From a virus, in the IMG/VR virus record IMGVR_UViG_3300032073_000022, positions 4,883-68,882 of that record: 64,000 nt of DNA; one strand, 5' to 3'. Each line of letters starts with the position of its first letter. Position 1 is the stretch's first letter. The notes beneath the pieces are model-generated. The model saw only the letters and a program-made list of their open reading frames with translations, did no database searches and was not told where the DNA came from. The position numbers were made by a program, and so were the translations under genes. Below, piece by piece: positions 20,451-30,811 of the stretch.

Positions 20451-21623
20451 TTATAGGTCGGCTGGGAATGGACCACCTTCTGCATCCGTAGATTTATGAG
20501 GTGCAGTACCACCACCCTTCTTAACAGCTTCAAAACCAATGTAACCATTTGCTCTCATTTGAACATCAAGGTCATTGTAGGTTACATAGCTGTAAGTACT
20601 AGAGGCATTACCTCCGCCAGCGTCACCCCCTCCATAACTAACACTAGTAAGTCTGTTTTTAGATCCAAGGTCAAGACCTAGACCGTTTCTAGTGTAGATG
20701 AAGATACATTCGTCTGGAGTATTGTTACCAGATGCTGTAGTAGTATAGAGGTCGTAATCGCCATCTTCAGTAGCTTGTACAAAGTCACCCGAAACAGAGA
20801 TGACCTCAATATCACACGTTACTTCAATTGGGAACGAAGCTGGACGAGCGTAAGGCGTTTTCTTTCCGAGTTCAAAAATATCTTCACGAGAGAAGTCGGT
20901 GCTAACGCTAATGCTTTGTGCGTGAAGTTTGTCTATAGCGTTACCATAGCCACTTCCAGCCAGACCTAAACCAAAGATACTTCTTGGGAAGATGCATCCT
21001 GAAATTATGACATCTTCTTTTTGTGAAATACCACCAGAAGGATTAGTGTCGCTACCAAGACCTGCTGGAGTATCGCTACCATTAAATGCGTCTGCGGATA
21101 GAGCTACCATCTTACCGTTGGCGTTGTCGAACCATTTCTTGTTGTTACCAACTAAGGTGACAGACTCAGTATGACTACCGTCAACACCAAGACTATAAGA
21201 AATACTACTGACATACATACCAGACATGTATACTTCTACCGGTGCTGGATTATTATGTCCACCAATATTGTTGATAGCGTCTGGGAAAATACCCAGTCTA
21301 ACATCACATCGCTGCTTGGATCTATTAACAAGGCCTGAGCCTTCTGCTGACGCTGTTACGCCAGTAGTAGCCAAGTGGTAAATTAGTGGATCACCATCGA
21401 GAACCTTTTCTAGGGTAACTTCAATATCTGGAGTACCTTCGATGTTCTCGTAAATTTCGATTTGTCCAAGCTCAAAAGCTTGCTCTAGACTAAAATTCGT
21501 AGTTATACCCACGCTTTGTAGACCATGCACCATCTCTGTGGCGTCTATATTTGCCACCTTAGCATGGTTTTGGATACCTACACCTTGACAGGCGTAGAAA
21601 ATTCTATCATTTGCTTGAGCCAT
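20451..21623 (-). CDS. Major tail (tube) protein
   Basis: Two internally repeated beta-rich halves (GLQSVGITTNFSLEQAFELGQ / HAQSISVSTDFSREDIFELGK). Own promoter motif, strong RBS (AAGGAGAG) and downstream hairpin. Position before chaperones and tape measure. Confidence 0.75.
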   Translation of the reverse strand: MAQANDRIFYACQGVGIQNHAKVANIDATEMVHGLQSVGITTNFSLEQAFELGQIEIYENIEGTPDIEVTLEKVLDGDPLIYHLATTGVTASAEGSGLVNRSKQRCDVRLGIFPDAINNIGGHNNPAPVEVYMSGMYVSSISYSLGVDGSHTESVTLVGNNKKWFDNANGKMVALSADAFNGSDTPAGLGSDTNPSGGISQKEDVIISGCIFPRSIFGLGLAGSGYGNAIDKLHAQSISVSTDFSREDIFELGKKTPYARPASFPIEVTCDIEVISVSGDFVQATEDGDYDLYTTTASGNNTPDECIFIYTRNGLGLDLGSKNRLTSVSYGGGDAGGGNASSTYSYVTYNDLDVQMRANGYIGFEAVKKGGGTAPHKSTDAEGGPFPADL

Positions 21624-21663
21624 TATTTCTCTCCTTTAGATTTATAAAGAGGTTTTCTATTGA

Positions 21664-21678
21664 ATTATACACAAAAAA
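21664..21678 (-). promoter_or_regulatory. Putative late promoter TTTTTTGTGTATAAT
   Basis: Exact GTGTATAAT recurs in five short intergenic gaps; this one is upstream of the tail tube gene. Confidence 0.65.
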
Positions 21679-21680
21679 CG

Positions 21681-22661
21681 TTAAATATTCGTTTTAACTC
21701 CCTCAGTTGTCATCCTCACTATTCCTCCAAAGAAATTAGTATTGTGCATAACCATTTCTTGGACCACAGTCTTTGTGAGACGTAACTTTCCGCCATTATA
21801 CTGGCTTATTAGGTCTGGATACCTGAGAGCACCAGCAACTGGAACACCCCTATAATCTAGCGGAAAATCACCATTTGTATTTATTTTATTGCTATTTAAT
21901 AAGTGGATAACCTTATCATTTTGCAATGAAACTATATCTACCAACTTATTTCTAGTCATTTCATCTTCAGCTATACAGTGAAAAAGTATATCTGTATAAA
22001 CGAACTGACCTCCTCCAAGTTGATATCCTTTAAAAGTCCTAGTGGGAACAACCTCTACAGCAATGAGCGGTAATTGTGCTCTACTCTCTGGCGGTACGTT
22101 CCAAGGGCCATCATCTGTATCCAAAAAAGCCTTTGAAGGCTGTAGTGTATTTGCTTGTAATTGCTTATACCAAGGTATGTTATTAGCGTATAATACGTTT
22201 ATATACTTGTAACTATATTCTGCTTTGACAACTGAACCAGTTGGAATGGGGTTGTCAAATATAACTTGGCCATTGAAGTAGTCTACATGATGCGAGTAAC
22301 CCCCCGTCGTCGTTGTTGGATAAAAAGATCCGTCTACATAAACTCCTGAAATTCCGGGTTTTGCGTTGTTATCTCCAACTAGAGGTGAATCAAAACCATT
22401 CACTGATACACCACTCTGCCACACCCAGTTCTTCCTGAAGCCTTCCCATACTCTACCTTTAGCATAATAATCGCTTGAGGACATTCTTAAACGACTCATA
22501 TCTTCGCCGTTGTTAGCAGTCTCATTAGCAGTTACGTTAAAGTAATTGCCTTTAGCAAGTAATGCCCAGTCAAAGTATTCTATAAGGCCATCCTGAATGT
22601 CGTTATTCAGTGTAGAGTCAAATACTCCACTTATTCCTTTTAGCGGTTGAAAAGTTGACAT
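21681..22661 (-). CDS. Probable tail terminator/tail completion protein with inserted beta domain
   Basis: LPLIAVEV...GYQLGGG...DILFHCIAEDEMTRNKLVDIV pattern; immediately upstream of the tail tube. Confidence 0.55.
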   Translation of the reverse strand: MSTFQPLKGISGVFDSTLNNDIQDGLIEYFDWALLAKGNYFNVTANETANNGEDMSRLRMSSSDYYAKGRVWEGFRKNWVWQSGVSVNGFDSPLVGDNNAKPGISGVYVDGSFYPTTTTGGYSHHVDYFNGQVIFDNPIPTGSVVKAEYSYKYINVLYANNIPWYKQLQANTLQPSKAFLDTDDGPWNVPPESRAQLPLIAVEVVPTRTFKGYQLGGGQFVYTDILFHCIAEDEMTRNKLVDIVSLQNDKVIHLLNSNKINTNGDFPLDYRGVPVAGALRYPDLISQYNGGKLRLTKTVVQEMVMHNTNFFGGIVRMTTEGVKTNI

Positions 22662-23299
22662 TATAAAAACAAGCCTTTTAGTATGTTAGAGATTTCTGAC
22701 TCCTTACCGTCAAAAGATCTCGTTATAAAGTTATTGTCGTTAGTTCCGGAGAACTCAGGGGGAACTCTCCAAATTCCACCAATATTCATTTCTCCGCCTC
22801 CGGATCTACCAAGCGGTCCTGCTATATAGTTATATCCCACTACTATTGTCTTGTCACCCTCTTGTAATAACCAGTTCAGCCAGTGTAAGTCCGCTCCCTT
22901 TTCTGTTACAACATGACCTTCTGGTAATGTTAATAAGTTTTGAAAGTCTTTGGTTTGGAAGTTAAACTGTAAATTGCCTTTTAGGTTTTTTTTAAAGGGT
23001 TTTATATCTATTGTTATTGCTTTGGAGACAGCATCGACTATTTGGTTTATGATGCCATCTGAGGTTCCTGCTGGTATTCCAAATTGAGCACTAAGTGAAC
23101 CCGGAACACCATTTGCTAACAAGCTGGAAACTTCCGGCTGTCCATAAACCCAAGTTTTTATAGCTGCTCTAAGTTTCTCCGTAGTCTTTTTTTTATTTTT
23201 TATTATGCTACTGTTTACTTCCTCTGCTATTGCTTTATATATCTTATCCTGAATTTGTCTGTTTGTTTCGAGTAGTTTTAATGAAATTGAACCTGTCAC
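22661..23299 (-). CDS. Probable neck/tail completion protein
   Basis: Synteny between head-closure and terminator-like genes; C-terminal NNFITRSF motif; 1-nt overlaps with both neighbours. Confidence 0.5.
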   Translation of the reverse strand: MTGSISLKLLETNRQIQDKIYKAIAEEVNSSIIKNKKKTTEKLRAAIKTWVYGQPEVSSLLANGVPGSLSAQFGIPAGTSDGIINQIVDAVSKAITIDIKPFKKNLKGNLQFNFQTKDFQNLLTLPEGHVVTEKGADLHWLNWLLQEGDKTIVVGYNYIAGPLGRSGGGEMNIGGIWRVPPEFSGTNDNNFITRSFDGKESEISNILKGLFL

Positions 23300-23781
23300 T
23301 ATGACGACCTTTCCCAGAAGCAGCCAAAGTATCTGTTCTGCCTCAGCCCCATTGGGAACGGTTCGCCAAACTTTTTAAATCTCATCTCTTTTAAATCTTT
23401 AATATCTTTATGAACTATAAGTTCTTTTGCTCTCATTATCTTTCCATGATCTGTAGCAAAGAAAATTGTCTGGATAGAATTATCGGGTATAACCATGTCG
23501 GCACCAACCTTTGTCCAGCTTTTGCTGTCCCAATAAACCTTTATTTTTATGTCTTCAATTTTTTCAACCTCTTTTACTACTTTATTGTTTCTAGTATATT
23601 GAGGTTGCGTCCTTCTGTGTGCGTTAACGGATCTGTTGTCGGGTATATTATCTGTTGTGGAAACTATTTGCTCGACTTGTTCTACGTATACTAATTGACA
23701 TGTAACTCCAAATATATTAAATGTGGAGTCAACTACGTCGTAGTATTTATCGAAAACGCTTTCTGGAATATTAACCGGCAT
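23299..23781 (-). CDS. Probable head closure (stopper) protein
   Basis: 160-aa beta-rich protein ending PFPMGLRQNRYFGCFWER; synteny. Confidence 0.5.
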   Translation of the reverse strand: MPVNIPESVFDKYYDVVDSTFNIFGVTCQLVYVEQVEQIVSTTDNIPDNRSVNAHRRTQPQYTRNNKVVKEVEKIEDIKIKVYWDSKSWTKVGADMVIPDNSIQTIFFATDHGKIMRAKELIVHKDIKDLKEMRFKKFGEPFPMGLRQNRYFGCFWERSS

Positions 23782-23791
23782 ATTTACAACC

Positions 23792-24601
23792 TTATATTGT
23801 TATTTCTAATTGTGGAGCGTCATCTCCTGAGTCATCATAAAATTCAATGTATGGCATAGCATGTCCACCGCTATATGCAGTTTTTGTGTAGAACATAAGC
23901 ACTATGCTGTTGCCCGAAGACCATCCTGACCTGTCTAATATCTCTTGAATTACAGTTTTAATATCGGGAGAGCTTAAGACAGTTCCATCAGCTGCACTTC
24001 TAAGTGTTCCATTCCCGGTGTCTGTATTGTTACCCCAAGCGACTTCGGCTGTAGTGAAGTTGCTGTGGTTAAGATGACTTGCGGCTGTTGGAGCAGCTTG
24101 ATTATCTGCATCAAGAGCAGCTACATAGAAATCATGATTACTCGAACCACCTGCATATCCTCTCTTATTTAACTTCAAGTAAGCACTCTGAACGGTAGCT
24201 CCTTGTGCTGCAACAATACTATTAAACCTAAAGTATCCTGCTATGTAATCGTATTCTCCCTCTTCATCATCAAACTGCGTACCAAGGTATGCTTTAGTCG
24301 AATTATGTGCAAATTGTGTGTTATAGGTTGAAACACTGGTAGCACTAGTCCCCCTTCTAGCTGCTTTACCATCGTCTGCACCAGCAGCTATGGTATAAGT
24401 ATTAGTGCTTTGTAGTCCGGTTTCGTCGCCAGTGTAAAACCTGTACACGTCAGCCCTGTCTTGTATAACGCCAGAATGTTTAATACTATTAAGTGAGATA
24501 TTTGCAGGCAAAATTTCAGAATTTCCAAGCTGATCGGTAAAAGTCACGGCAGAACCGTGTTTTATATCATTAGCACTAATTATTTTTAAAAAGGTGGTCA
24601 T
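23792..24601 (-). CDS. Virion decoration protein with C-terminal DNRLRE/CBM-like beta-sandwich
   Basis: IAAGADDG...GYFRF...GATVQSAYLKL...SPDIKTVIQEILDRSGWSSGNSI...PQLEIT. N-terminus resembles 24617..24844. Confidence 0.5.
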   Translation of the reverse strand: MTTFLKIISANDIKHGSAVTFTDQLGNSEILPANISLNSIKHSGVIQDRADVYRFYTGDETGLQSTNTYTIAAGADDGKAARRGTSATSVSTYNTQFAHNSTKAYLGTQFDDEEGEYDYIAGYFRFNSIVAAQGATVQSAYLKLNKRGYAGGSSNHDFYVAALDADNQAAPTAASHLNHSNFTTAEVAWGNNTDTGNGTLRSAADGTVLSSPDIKTVIQEILDRSGWSSGNSIVLMFYTKTAYSGGHAMPYIEFYDDSGDDAPQLEITI

Positions 24602-24616
24602 AGTCTATTATAGCCT

Positions 24617-24844
24617 CTAGTTGTTGGTGTCGCCGCTGTAATATCTAACATCGTCAAAACGAGTGTTATAGCGGGAGAACATAGTACCAGAGGGAACAAA
24701 TTGATTGACCGTAGGATGAATTCTAAGCCCACTAGCTGGTGCTCCGTTTTCATCTAATGCAGGTATTTCGCCAATAGAGACAATGACACTGCCATTTTTT
24801 ATATCAGTGCTGCTTTTTGCTTTAATGACTATCTCGTCAGACAT
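24617..24844 (-). CDS. Small virion-associated protein
   Basis: 75 aa with GGAG RBS; DIKNGSV...DVRYYSGD matches the N-terminus of the next gene. Confidence 0.55.
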   Translation of the reverse strand: MSDEIVIKAKSSTDIKNGSVIVSIGEIPALDENGAPASGLRIHPTVNQFVPSGTMFSRYNTRFDDVRYYSGDTNN

Positions 24845-24909
24845 GTTATATATCTCCGTTTAAAGATTTATTTAAGTTATTCTATCCTAAAGTTGATTAA
24901 TCTGGTACG

Positions 24910-27900
24910 TTAGCTTGGTACGTTAGAAAATACTGAGTACTTCCACTGACCATCGCTTCTGACAGCAAACCCTTTTATGCCATGCAAGCGAGTATGACTT
25001 CCAAAGTCATTGTTTGCTTTTGAGTAATTATACATGTTAAGCACACACACAACCCCGTCCGTGTTTGGTATTTTTTGTCCAGTCTCATCATAAAGGTTTC
25101 CGCTCTTACTGTATCTAGCGACCGGCATTTGCAAATAACCATATTTGTTGATGATCGTCTGCTTTGTATCACCAGCAAAACCCACATTAAATCCATCGTT
25201 TTGGATGTCTGCTTGTAGCATATCGGAGGTGTGAGATAACGTTCTGTTTAACTTTAATACTATTTTAGAAGTTATTTCAGGTTTAATTGTAACTGTCGCC
25301 TCTTGTAGTTCAAACAAGCTTCCCGGTTGTTTACCAAGCATAAGGTGTCTAGCAATACTTGAGTGAGAATCATTGTACCTCATAGCGGTACTATAGCCAT
25401 GTATTATACTACCAATACTTACAATATAATCGTCATAGTCGCCAGCCCATATGTCAGCTCTTTCTTCTGCTGAGTCTGGTTCAAGTATCAGGTTCCAACT
25501 TCCTAATCTTCTTCTTGATGTGCTACCTCCGGTAGTGCCGCCAACGGCAAAGCCAAGTGCTATGGTATTTTGTATGGTCGAAGTTTGGGTGTTATCTGTT
25601 ACACCTTCCTCCCACCTCATAGCGTTCGCACCTAGAATTATAGAGTCGTCAACACCTGAAGATCTAGCACCCGCGTTTAATCCAGCGAAGAATGATTGGT
25701 CGGCATCAAAAGATGTTTTTCCAGCTTCACGACCTATAAACACTGACTCATTAACACCAGATGACTGACATCCAGCCTCTGTACCAATAAAATTAGCGTA
25801 ATCCACTTCGGCAGAAGAAGCACCAGCTTGATAGCCAATGGCGTTGGCAACCGTCACTCTGTTTGCATTATTAAAGGAGTGGGAACCAACCCCCGCTGTG
25901 TAGATTAATGTCCGACCATTGGTAAGGGCACCAAAACCCAAGGCAATGCTTCTAGTGGACGTTTTTAAACCAGTTGCTGCCGAGTGACCAACCATCACAG
26001 TGTCCGAAATACCACTAGAAGCTTGAGCGGCGTACGAACCCAAAGTAACAGAATTAGTGTGTCTGAAAGAATCTTTTGCTGAAGCATCACCAATAGCCAC
26101 ACTTTGCTGAAACAGGTAAGAATTACGAGCTGAATTTCTTCCCATAGAAACCGTTCCATAGTGTCTCCAGCCGCTAGAAGCAGCGTTGACGCCTATGAAT
26201 ACATTGCCACCGATATGATCTCCATAGCCAAGCAATTGACTAGCGGCTGTACCATCGACACCAGCACGATAACCAATCATCACTTCGTTCTGACCGTTTT
26301 TCAAACCAGACCCAGCACTTCGACCTATAAAGATACTTTTTCTAATACCAGATGTGGCATGACCAGCTCTTACACCAATTGCTATAATATCTTCTGCTCC
26401 AGAGGCTCCAATAAGTGCTCCTCGACCGATCCCAATAGCTGTACTAAGACCACTAGCATCAAGACCGGCATTTGTACCCAAGAACAAGCCGTTGTCTACT
26501 TTAATAGTTTCTCTACCTGCATTATAACCTATACCAATATTTTTATGGGTTTGGCTTCCAGCAATACCGCCCGCAACAGACTGAAGACCAGCTCTGTGAC
26601 CAATGAAAACGGAGTCTTGAAGACCACTAGTCGAAGCACCAGCTAGGAATCCTATATAAGTACCGGAAGTATTATATAGATTGTTGCAACCAGAAAGAGC
26701 TTGATAACCTACTATAACATTTTCAGATAGTTCTGTTACTTTATTACTTCGTACTCCAGCACCATCTCCAAGTCTAACCGCTTGATGGAATCTAAGATGT
26801 TTAAGGGTTCCGCTGCCATCATGTCTAAAGTCAATAACTCTAGCCTGTCTTGTTAAGCCACTTCCAACAAAGTCAGAGAAGGCGGCGTCAGCGTATCCAC
26901 TAACTTGCAGATGTAAACCTAAATTGTAGCCACTCAATGCTACGCCGCTTATATCTGAGTAAAGCTTCGCATCGTACAAGGCGTTTCCACTAGATACTGA
27001 AGTATGAGTGTTTACCCATCCACTAATAGCTACTCCGCTCACGTCGGAGTAAAGTTTTGACTCGTGAACAGCGTTTCCGCTAGTTACTGAAGTATGAGTA
27101 TCCACCCAACCACTGATAGCCACACCACTCACATCGGAATAAAGCTTTGCGTCGAAGACTGCGTTTCCACTGATAGCTACACCGCTTACATCTGAGTAAA
27201 GCTTTGCATCGTAAAGAGCGTTTCCGCTAGCAACTGAGGTGTGAGTATTCACCCACCCACTGAGGGCTACACCACTCACATCAGAGTAAAGTTTTGACTC
27301 CTGAACAGCGTTTCCGCTAGCTACCGAGGTGTGGGTGTCTACCCAACCGCTGATAACTACACCGCTCACGTCAGAATAGAGCTTCGCGTCGTAGAGTGCA
27401 TTTCCACTAGCTACTGAAACGTGGGTGTTTACCCATCCACTACCGGGAGAAAAGTCAATTGAAATTGTGTCTGTGGCATTTCTATGAGTTCTGATACCCG
27501 TTGCACCAAGTATGTTAAGGGCTTCACTATCTGTTATAGTGTCAGCACTTCCAGCGTCGGCAGCTATATTAAAGCTATTCATAGTACCGCCACCAGCAGC
27601 AGTAATGGCATCTATTTGATCTTGGAATGACTTACCACTAACAGCATGATCTATCAGGTGATATGCCGCCCAACCACTAATACGCACGCCGCTCACATCG
27701 GAGTAAAGCTTTGCATCGTAAAGAGCGTTTCCGCTAGCAACTGAGGTGTGAGTATTCACCCACCCACTGAGGGCTACACCACTCACGTCAGAATAGAGCT
27801 TCGCGTCGTAGAGTGCATTTCCACTAGCGACGGAGGTGTGAGTATTTACCCAGCCGCTGATAACTACACCGCTTACATCGGAATAAAGCTTTGCATCGTG

Positions 27901-30768
27901 CAAGGCGTTTCCGCTAGCGACGGAGGTGTGAGTATTTACCCAGCCGCTGATAACTACACCGCTTACATCGGAATAAAGCTTTGCATCGTGCAAGGCGTTT
28001 CCGCTAGCAACTGATACGTGAGTTTCTACCCATCCACTACCGGGGGAGAAGTCAATTGAAATTGTGTCTGTAGCACTACCTTTCGTGGTTATGCCTGTTA
28101 CCCCAGCTATGGTTAAAGTGTTTCCATCTGAGATTGTTTGATTCGCTCCAGTGTCTCCAGCAAGAGTAAATGTGGTCGATCCACCCCCCATGCCGCCACC
28201 GGTTCCGTTAGCTGCCGATGTAATTCTTCCCTGAGCATCAACGGTAATATCTGCATTTGTGTAACTCCCAGCGGTTACCGTTGTGTGAGCAAGGTGAGAA
28301 GCTCCGATGCCGTCTGCCTTAACTCTTAGTGTATCAGAATCTATTTCTATAGTTGAATCGTCAACATTTACAGAGAAAGAACGATTAGCAGAAAGGTCAC
28401 CACCCCCAGCTAAACCATCTCCAGCGGTCAAAGTTCGGGCGTGAAGTGCTTCAACCGCAAATCCACTAGCAACAACTTGTGCTCTATTACCAGAAGCTAT
28501 GGCAAAGGTTTTGGCGGCTTCATAAGCAAAACCACTAGCGACAACTTGTGCTCTATTACCAGAAGCTATAGCAAAGGTTTTAGCTGCCTCATAAGCAAAA
28601 CCACTAGCAACAACCTGTGCCCTGTTACCAGAAGCTATGATGATTGGATGTAGCACATTATGAGCAAACCCACTAGCGACCACCTGTGCTCTATTGCCAG
28701 AAGCTATAGCAAAGGTTTTTGCAGCTTCATAAGCAAATCCGCTGGCAACAACTTGTGCCCTGTTTCCAGACGCGATTATAATTGGGTGTAGTACGCCGTA
28801 AGCAAATCCACTAGCAACAACTTGTGCTCTATTACCAGAGGCTATAACATTAGCCATAGTTGCAGCTCCGCCACCACCAGTTGCCATATTAGCAACATCG
28901 TCTACGTAACCGCTAACCTGATTATATTTACCAACAGTATAACCACTATGTGCAGTAAGTGCATAAGTAGGATCTATAACTAATTGACCACTATTACCTG
29001 CTGAATGCTCAAAGAAGTTTGCATGTATACCGCTAACACCACTAACAATAAATAGATGGTCTTGATGAACGTGTCCGGTATGAATATCCCAATTGCCAGA
29101 CACTCTAAACATGTCGCCAATAGCAAATGTCATATCTCTATTAATAAGGGATAATCCACTACCAGCTTGATAAGCACCACTAATTACACTAAGGTCATCA
29201 AATATAACGCCACTAACGTCAATTTTTTCTGTTGTCGTCCAAGCATCTGTAGCGTTACGCCATGTCCATTTCTTATCATAGTTTTTACTTTTGATAATAA
29301 CACCGGCATCGTCAATTTGTGCATCGGTGTTTATAGGATCTCCACTTTGAGAAGCAAGCTCAATGTTTATATCCTTCATGGTAACGACTGTACTATCTAA
29401 GAAAGTCTTAGAACCACTGACGATCAGGTTACCTACAGCGTGAATATCTCCACCAAAATGTGCATCTCCACTAACATGAAGTAAGCCGCTAACGCCAACA
29501 GAACTGCCGACATCTAGACCGTAAGAAGGGGCGACAGGTATTCCAATACCAAGTTGGTTTGTCCCCTTTTCGTAGCGAAGCTCTTTATCAAACTCTATTT
29601 TTCCGCTAGCGGTTGTAAACGCAACGGCACCTGCTGGAATCTCTGAAGTGTAGTCCACATAGTTTTGTTGAACTACATATAAAGAAGAAAGATCTGGAAC
29701 GTCTTCTAACTCCAAATACCTAAACACTGGCGGGTTTTCTGGACAGGTCGCAGAAGATTCGTCGCAACCACTGGCCGGTCCAGCAAAAACTTGACCCTTA
29801 AGCTGTTTCTTGAAAAGCAGTCTCTGATCAACAAGTCCACTAAGTGAGAACACCTGATCTGTGTGCGTTTGGTTATCAAGTTCAGTTCTGAAAAACGGTT
29901 CTAGCTGCCTACCGCCAGAAGCCGTCTTAAGGAGAGATTGGGGCAACGCTTGCCCGCCTGAGAATTGAACACCAGAGCCACCACCAATAAAACCAGAAGC
30001 TCTAACTAATGAGTAAGATACTTTACCACCTACATCAACTGCAAATTTAGGGTTGGGCTGAGAGACGCCAATCGAATTAGTTCCGGTTGACCAAACAATG
30101 TCTACATCGTAGTCTAAAGTTTGCTCATTTCCCCAGAATGCAATTCCAGCTTTCTTTGGTTCGCTAAACCCACTTACGCCACCAGCAGAAAATACTGAGT
30201 ACTTTCCGGGATAGGTAACAAACACCTCAGTAACACCCTGAAAATCTACGGGTGCTCCAGATACAGCATAATTAACACCGCTAACGCCTGCATGATAAGC
30301 CCCTGCAACTCCAGCATAATGCCCCTGATGATTATTAGGCATATAGAAAGTAACGCCCGGATAACCAGAGAATTTATGCTCATGAACAGAGGTTGGAACA
30401 TCGGCTAGAGTTGGGGTTGCGTAACCTCTCAAGCCACTAGCGGCAGATTTTGTCAAATACAAAGGGTAAAAGAATCCTTCACGACCCCTAGTGGGGCCGC
30501 TAGCACTCTCGTCGTTTACGAAGTAAGGGCCAGAAGAGATGTTATTACTACGAAGAGGGTATCTGGTTAAAGTATTTGAATTGTACTCTCCAGAACCAAC
30601 CTCGTACCTCGTTCCGTCAGTAGCAGCGTAGAATACAACGTCGCCATCCTCATAGAAATCTCTAAAAGGACTAAACCCAGTAGCTACACTGTCTAATGCA
30701 AAGGCATTAGTTGATGGATCAAATGATAACTGTTTTACTCTATCTGAAAGTCTAACTTCTCTTGACAT
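24910..30768 (-). CDS. Long fibre protein (1952 aa) with coiled repeats and a C-terminal beta-helix
   Basis: N-terminal SDRVK...YEVGSG anchor; 23-aa and 30-aa tandem repeats; AGDGLAGGGDLSANR and YTNADITVDAQGRITSA fibre motifs; many xxIGxxAG beta-roll repeats. Confidence 0.8.
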   Translation of the reverse strand: MSREVRLSDRVKQLSFDPSTNAFALDSVATGFSPFRDFYEDGDVVFYAATDGTRYEVGSGEYNSNTLTRYPLRSNNISSGPYFVNDESASGPTRGREGFFYPLYLTKSAASGLRGYATPTLADVPTSVHEHKFSGYPGVTFYMPNNHQGHYAGVAGAYHAGVSGVNYAVSGAPVDFQGVTEVFVTYPGKYSVFSAGGVSGFSEPKKAGIAFWGNEQTLDYDVDIVWSTGTNSIGVSQPNPKFAVDVGGKVSYSLVRASGFIGGGSGVQFSGGQALPQSLLKTASGGRQLEPFFRTELDNQTHTDQVFSLSGLVDQRLLFKKQLKGQVFAGPASGCDESSATCPENPPVFRYLELEDVPDLSSLYVVQQNYVDYTSEIPAGAVAFTTASGKIEFDKELRYEKGTNQLGIGIPVAPSYGLDVGSSVGVSGLLHVSGDAHFGGDIHAVGNLIVSGSKTFLDSTVVTMKDINIELASQSGDPINTDAQIDDAGVIIKSKNYDKKWTWRNATDAWTTTEKIDVSGVIFDDLSVISGAYQAGSGLSLINRDMTFAIGDMFRVSGNWDIHTGHVHQDHLFIVSGVSGIHANFFEHSAGNSGQLVIDPTYALTAHSGYTVGKYNQVSGYVDDVANMATGGGGAATMANVIASGNRAQVVASGFAYGVLHPIIIASGNRAQVVASGFAYEAAKTFAIASGNRAQVVASGFAHNVLHPIIIASGNRAQVVASGFAYEAAKTFAIASGNRAQVVASGFAYEAAKTFAIASGNRAQVVASGFAVEALHARTLTAGDGLAGGGDLSANRSFSVNVDDSTIEIDSDTLRVKADGIGASHLAHTTVTAGSYTNADITVDAQGRITSAANGTGGGMGGGSTTFTLAGDTGANQTISDGNTLTIAGVTGITTKGSATDTISIDFSPGSGWVETHVSVASGNALHDAKLYSDVSGVVISGWVNTHTSVASGNALHDAKLYSDVSGVVISGWVNTHTSVASGNALYDAKLYSDVSGVALSGWVNTHTSVASGNALYDAKLYSDVSGVRISGWAAYHLIDHAVSGKSFQDQIDAITAAGGGTMNSFNIAADAGSADTITDSEALNILGATGIRTHRNATDTISIDFSPGSGWVNTHVSVASGNALYDAKLYSDVSGVVISGWVDTHTSVASGNAVQESKLYSDVSGVALSGWVNTHTSVASGNALYDAKLYSDVSGVAISGNAVFDAKLYSDVSGVAISGWVDTHTSVTSGNAVHESKLYSDVSGVAISGWVNTHTSVSSGNALYDAKLYSDISGVALSGYNLGLHLQVSGYADAAFSDFVGSGLTRQARVIDFRHDGSGTLKHLRFHQAVRLGDGAGVRSNKVTELSENVIVGYQALSGCNNLYNTSGTYIGFLAGASTSGLQDSVFIGHRAGLQSVAGGIAGSQTHKNIGIGYNAGRETIKVDNGLFLGTNAGLDASGLSTAIGIGRGALIGASGAEDIIAIGVRAGHATSGIRKSIFIGRSAGSGLKNGQNEVMIGYRAGVDGTAASQLLGYGDHIGGNVFIGVNAASSGWRHYGTVSMGRNSARNSYLFQQSVAIGDASAKDSFRHTNSVTLGSYAAQASSGISDTVMVGHSAATGLKTSTRSIALGFGALTNGRTLIYTAGVGSHSFNNANRVTVANAIGYQAGASSAEVDYANFIGTEAGCQSSGVNESVFIGREAGKTSFDADQSFFAGLNAGARSSGVDDSIILGANAMRWEEGVTDNTQTSTIQNTIALGFAVGGTTGGSTSRRRLGSWNLILEPDSAEERADIWAGDYDDYIVSIGSIIHGYSTAMRYNDSHSSIARHLMLGKQPGSLFELQEATVTIKPEITSKIVLKLNRTLSHTSDMLQADIQNDGFNVGFAGDTKQTIINKYGYLQMPVARYSKSGNLYDETGQKIPNTDGVVCVLNMYNYSKANNDFGSHTRLHGIKGFAVRSDGQWKYSVFSNVPS
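26930..28040 (-). repeat. Coding 90-bp (30-aa) tandem repeat SGWVNTHTSVASGNALYDAKLYSDVSGVxI, in two blocks
   Basis: 4 copies, then 5 copies plus 1 truncated copy. Two adjacent units at ~27823-28008 are nearly identical in DNA. Confidence 0.9.
28460..28850 (-). repeat. Coding 69-bp (23-aa) tandem repeat IASGNRAQVVASGFA(YEAAKTFA/xxVLHPII) x6
   Basis: Read directly from translation and DNA. Confidence 0.9.
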
Positions 30769-30811
30769 TTATGTTACCCTTGAATTGGTTTGATATTCAC
30801 AAAAAATTAAT

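Noticed and set aside
11303-23781. Contractile tail, tailocin/eCIS or gene transfer agent interpretation
   Set aside because: No sheath or baseplate wedge genes seen. The full head-packaging set, very long tape measure protein and phage sigma factor indicate a genuine large siphophage.
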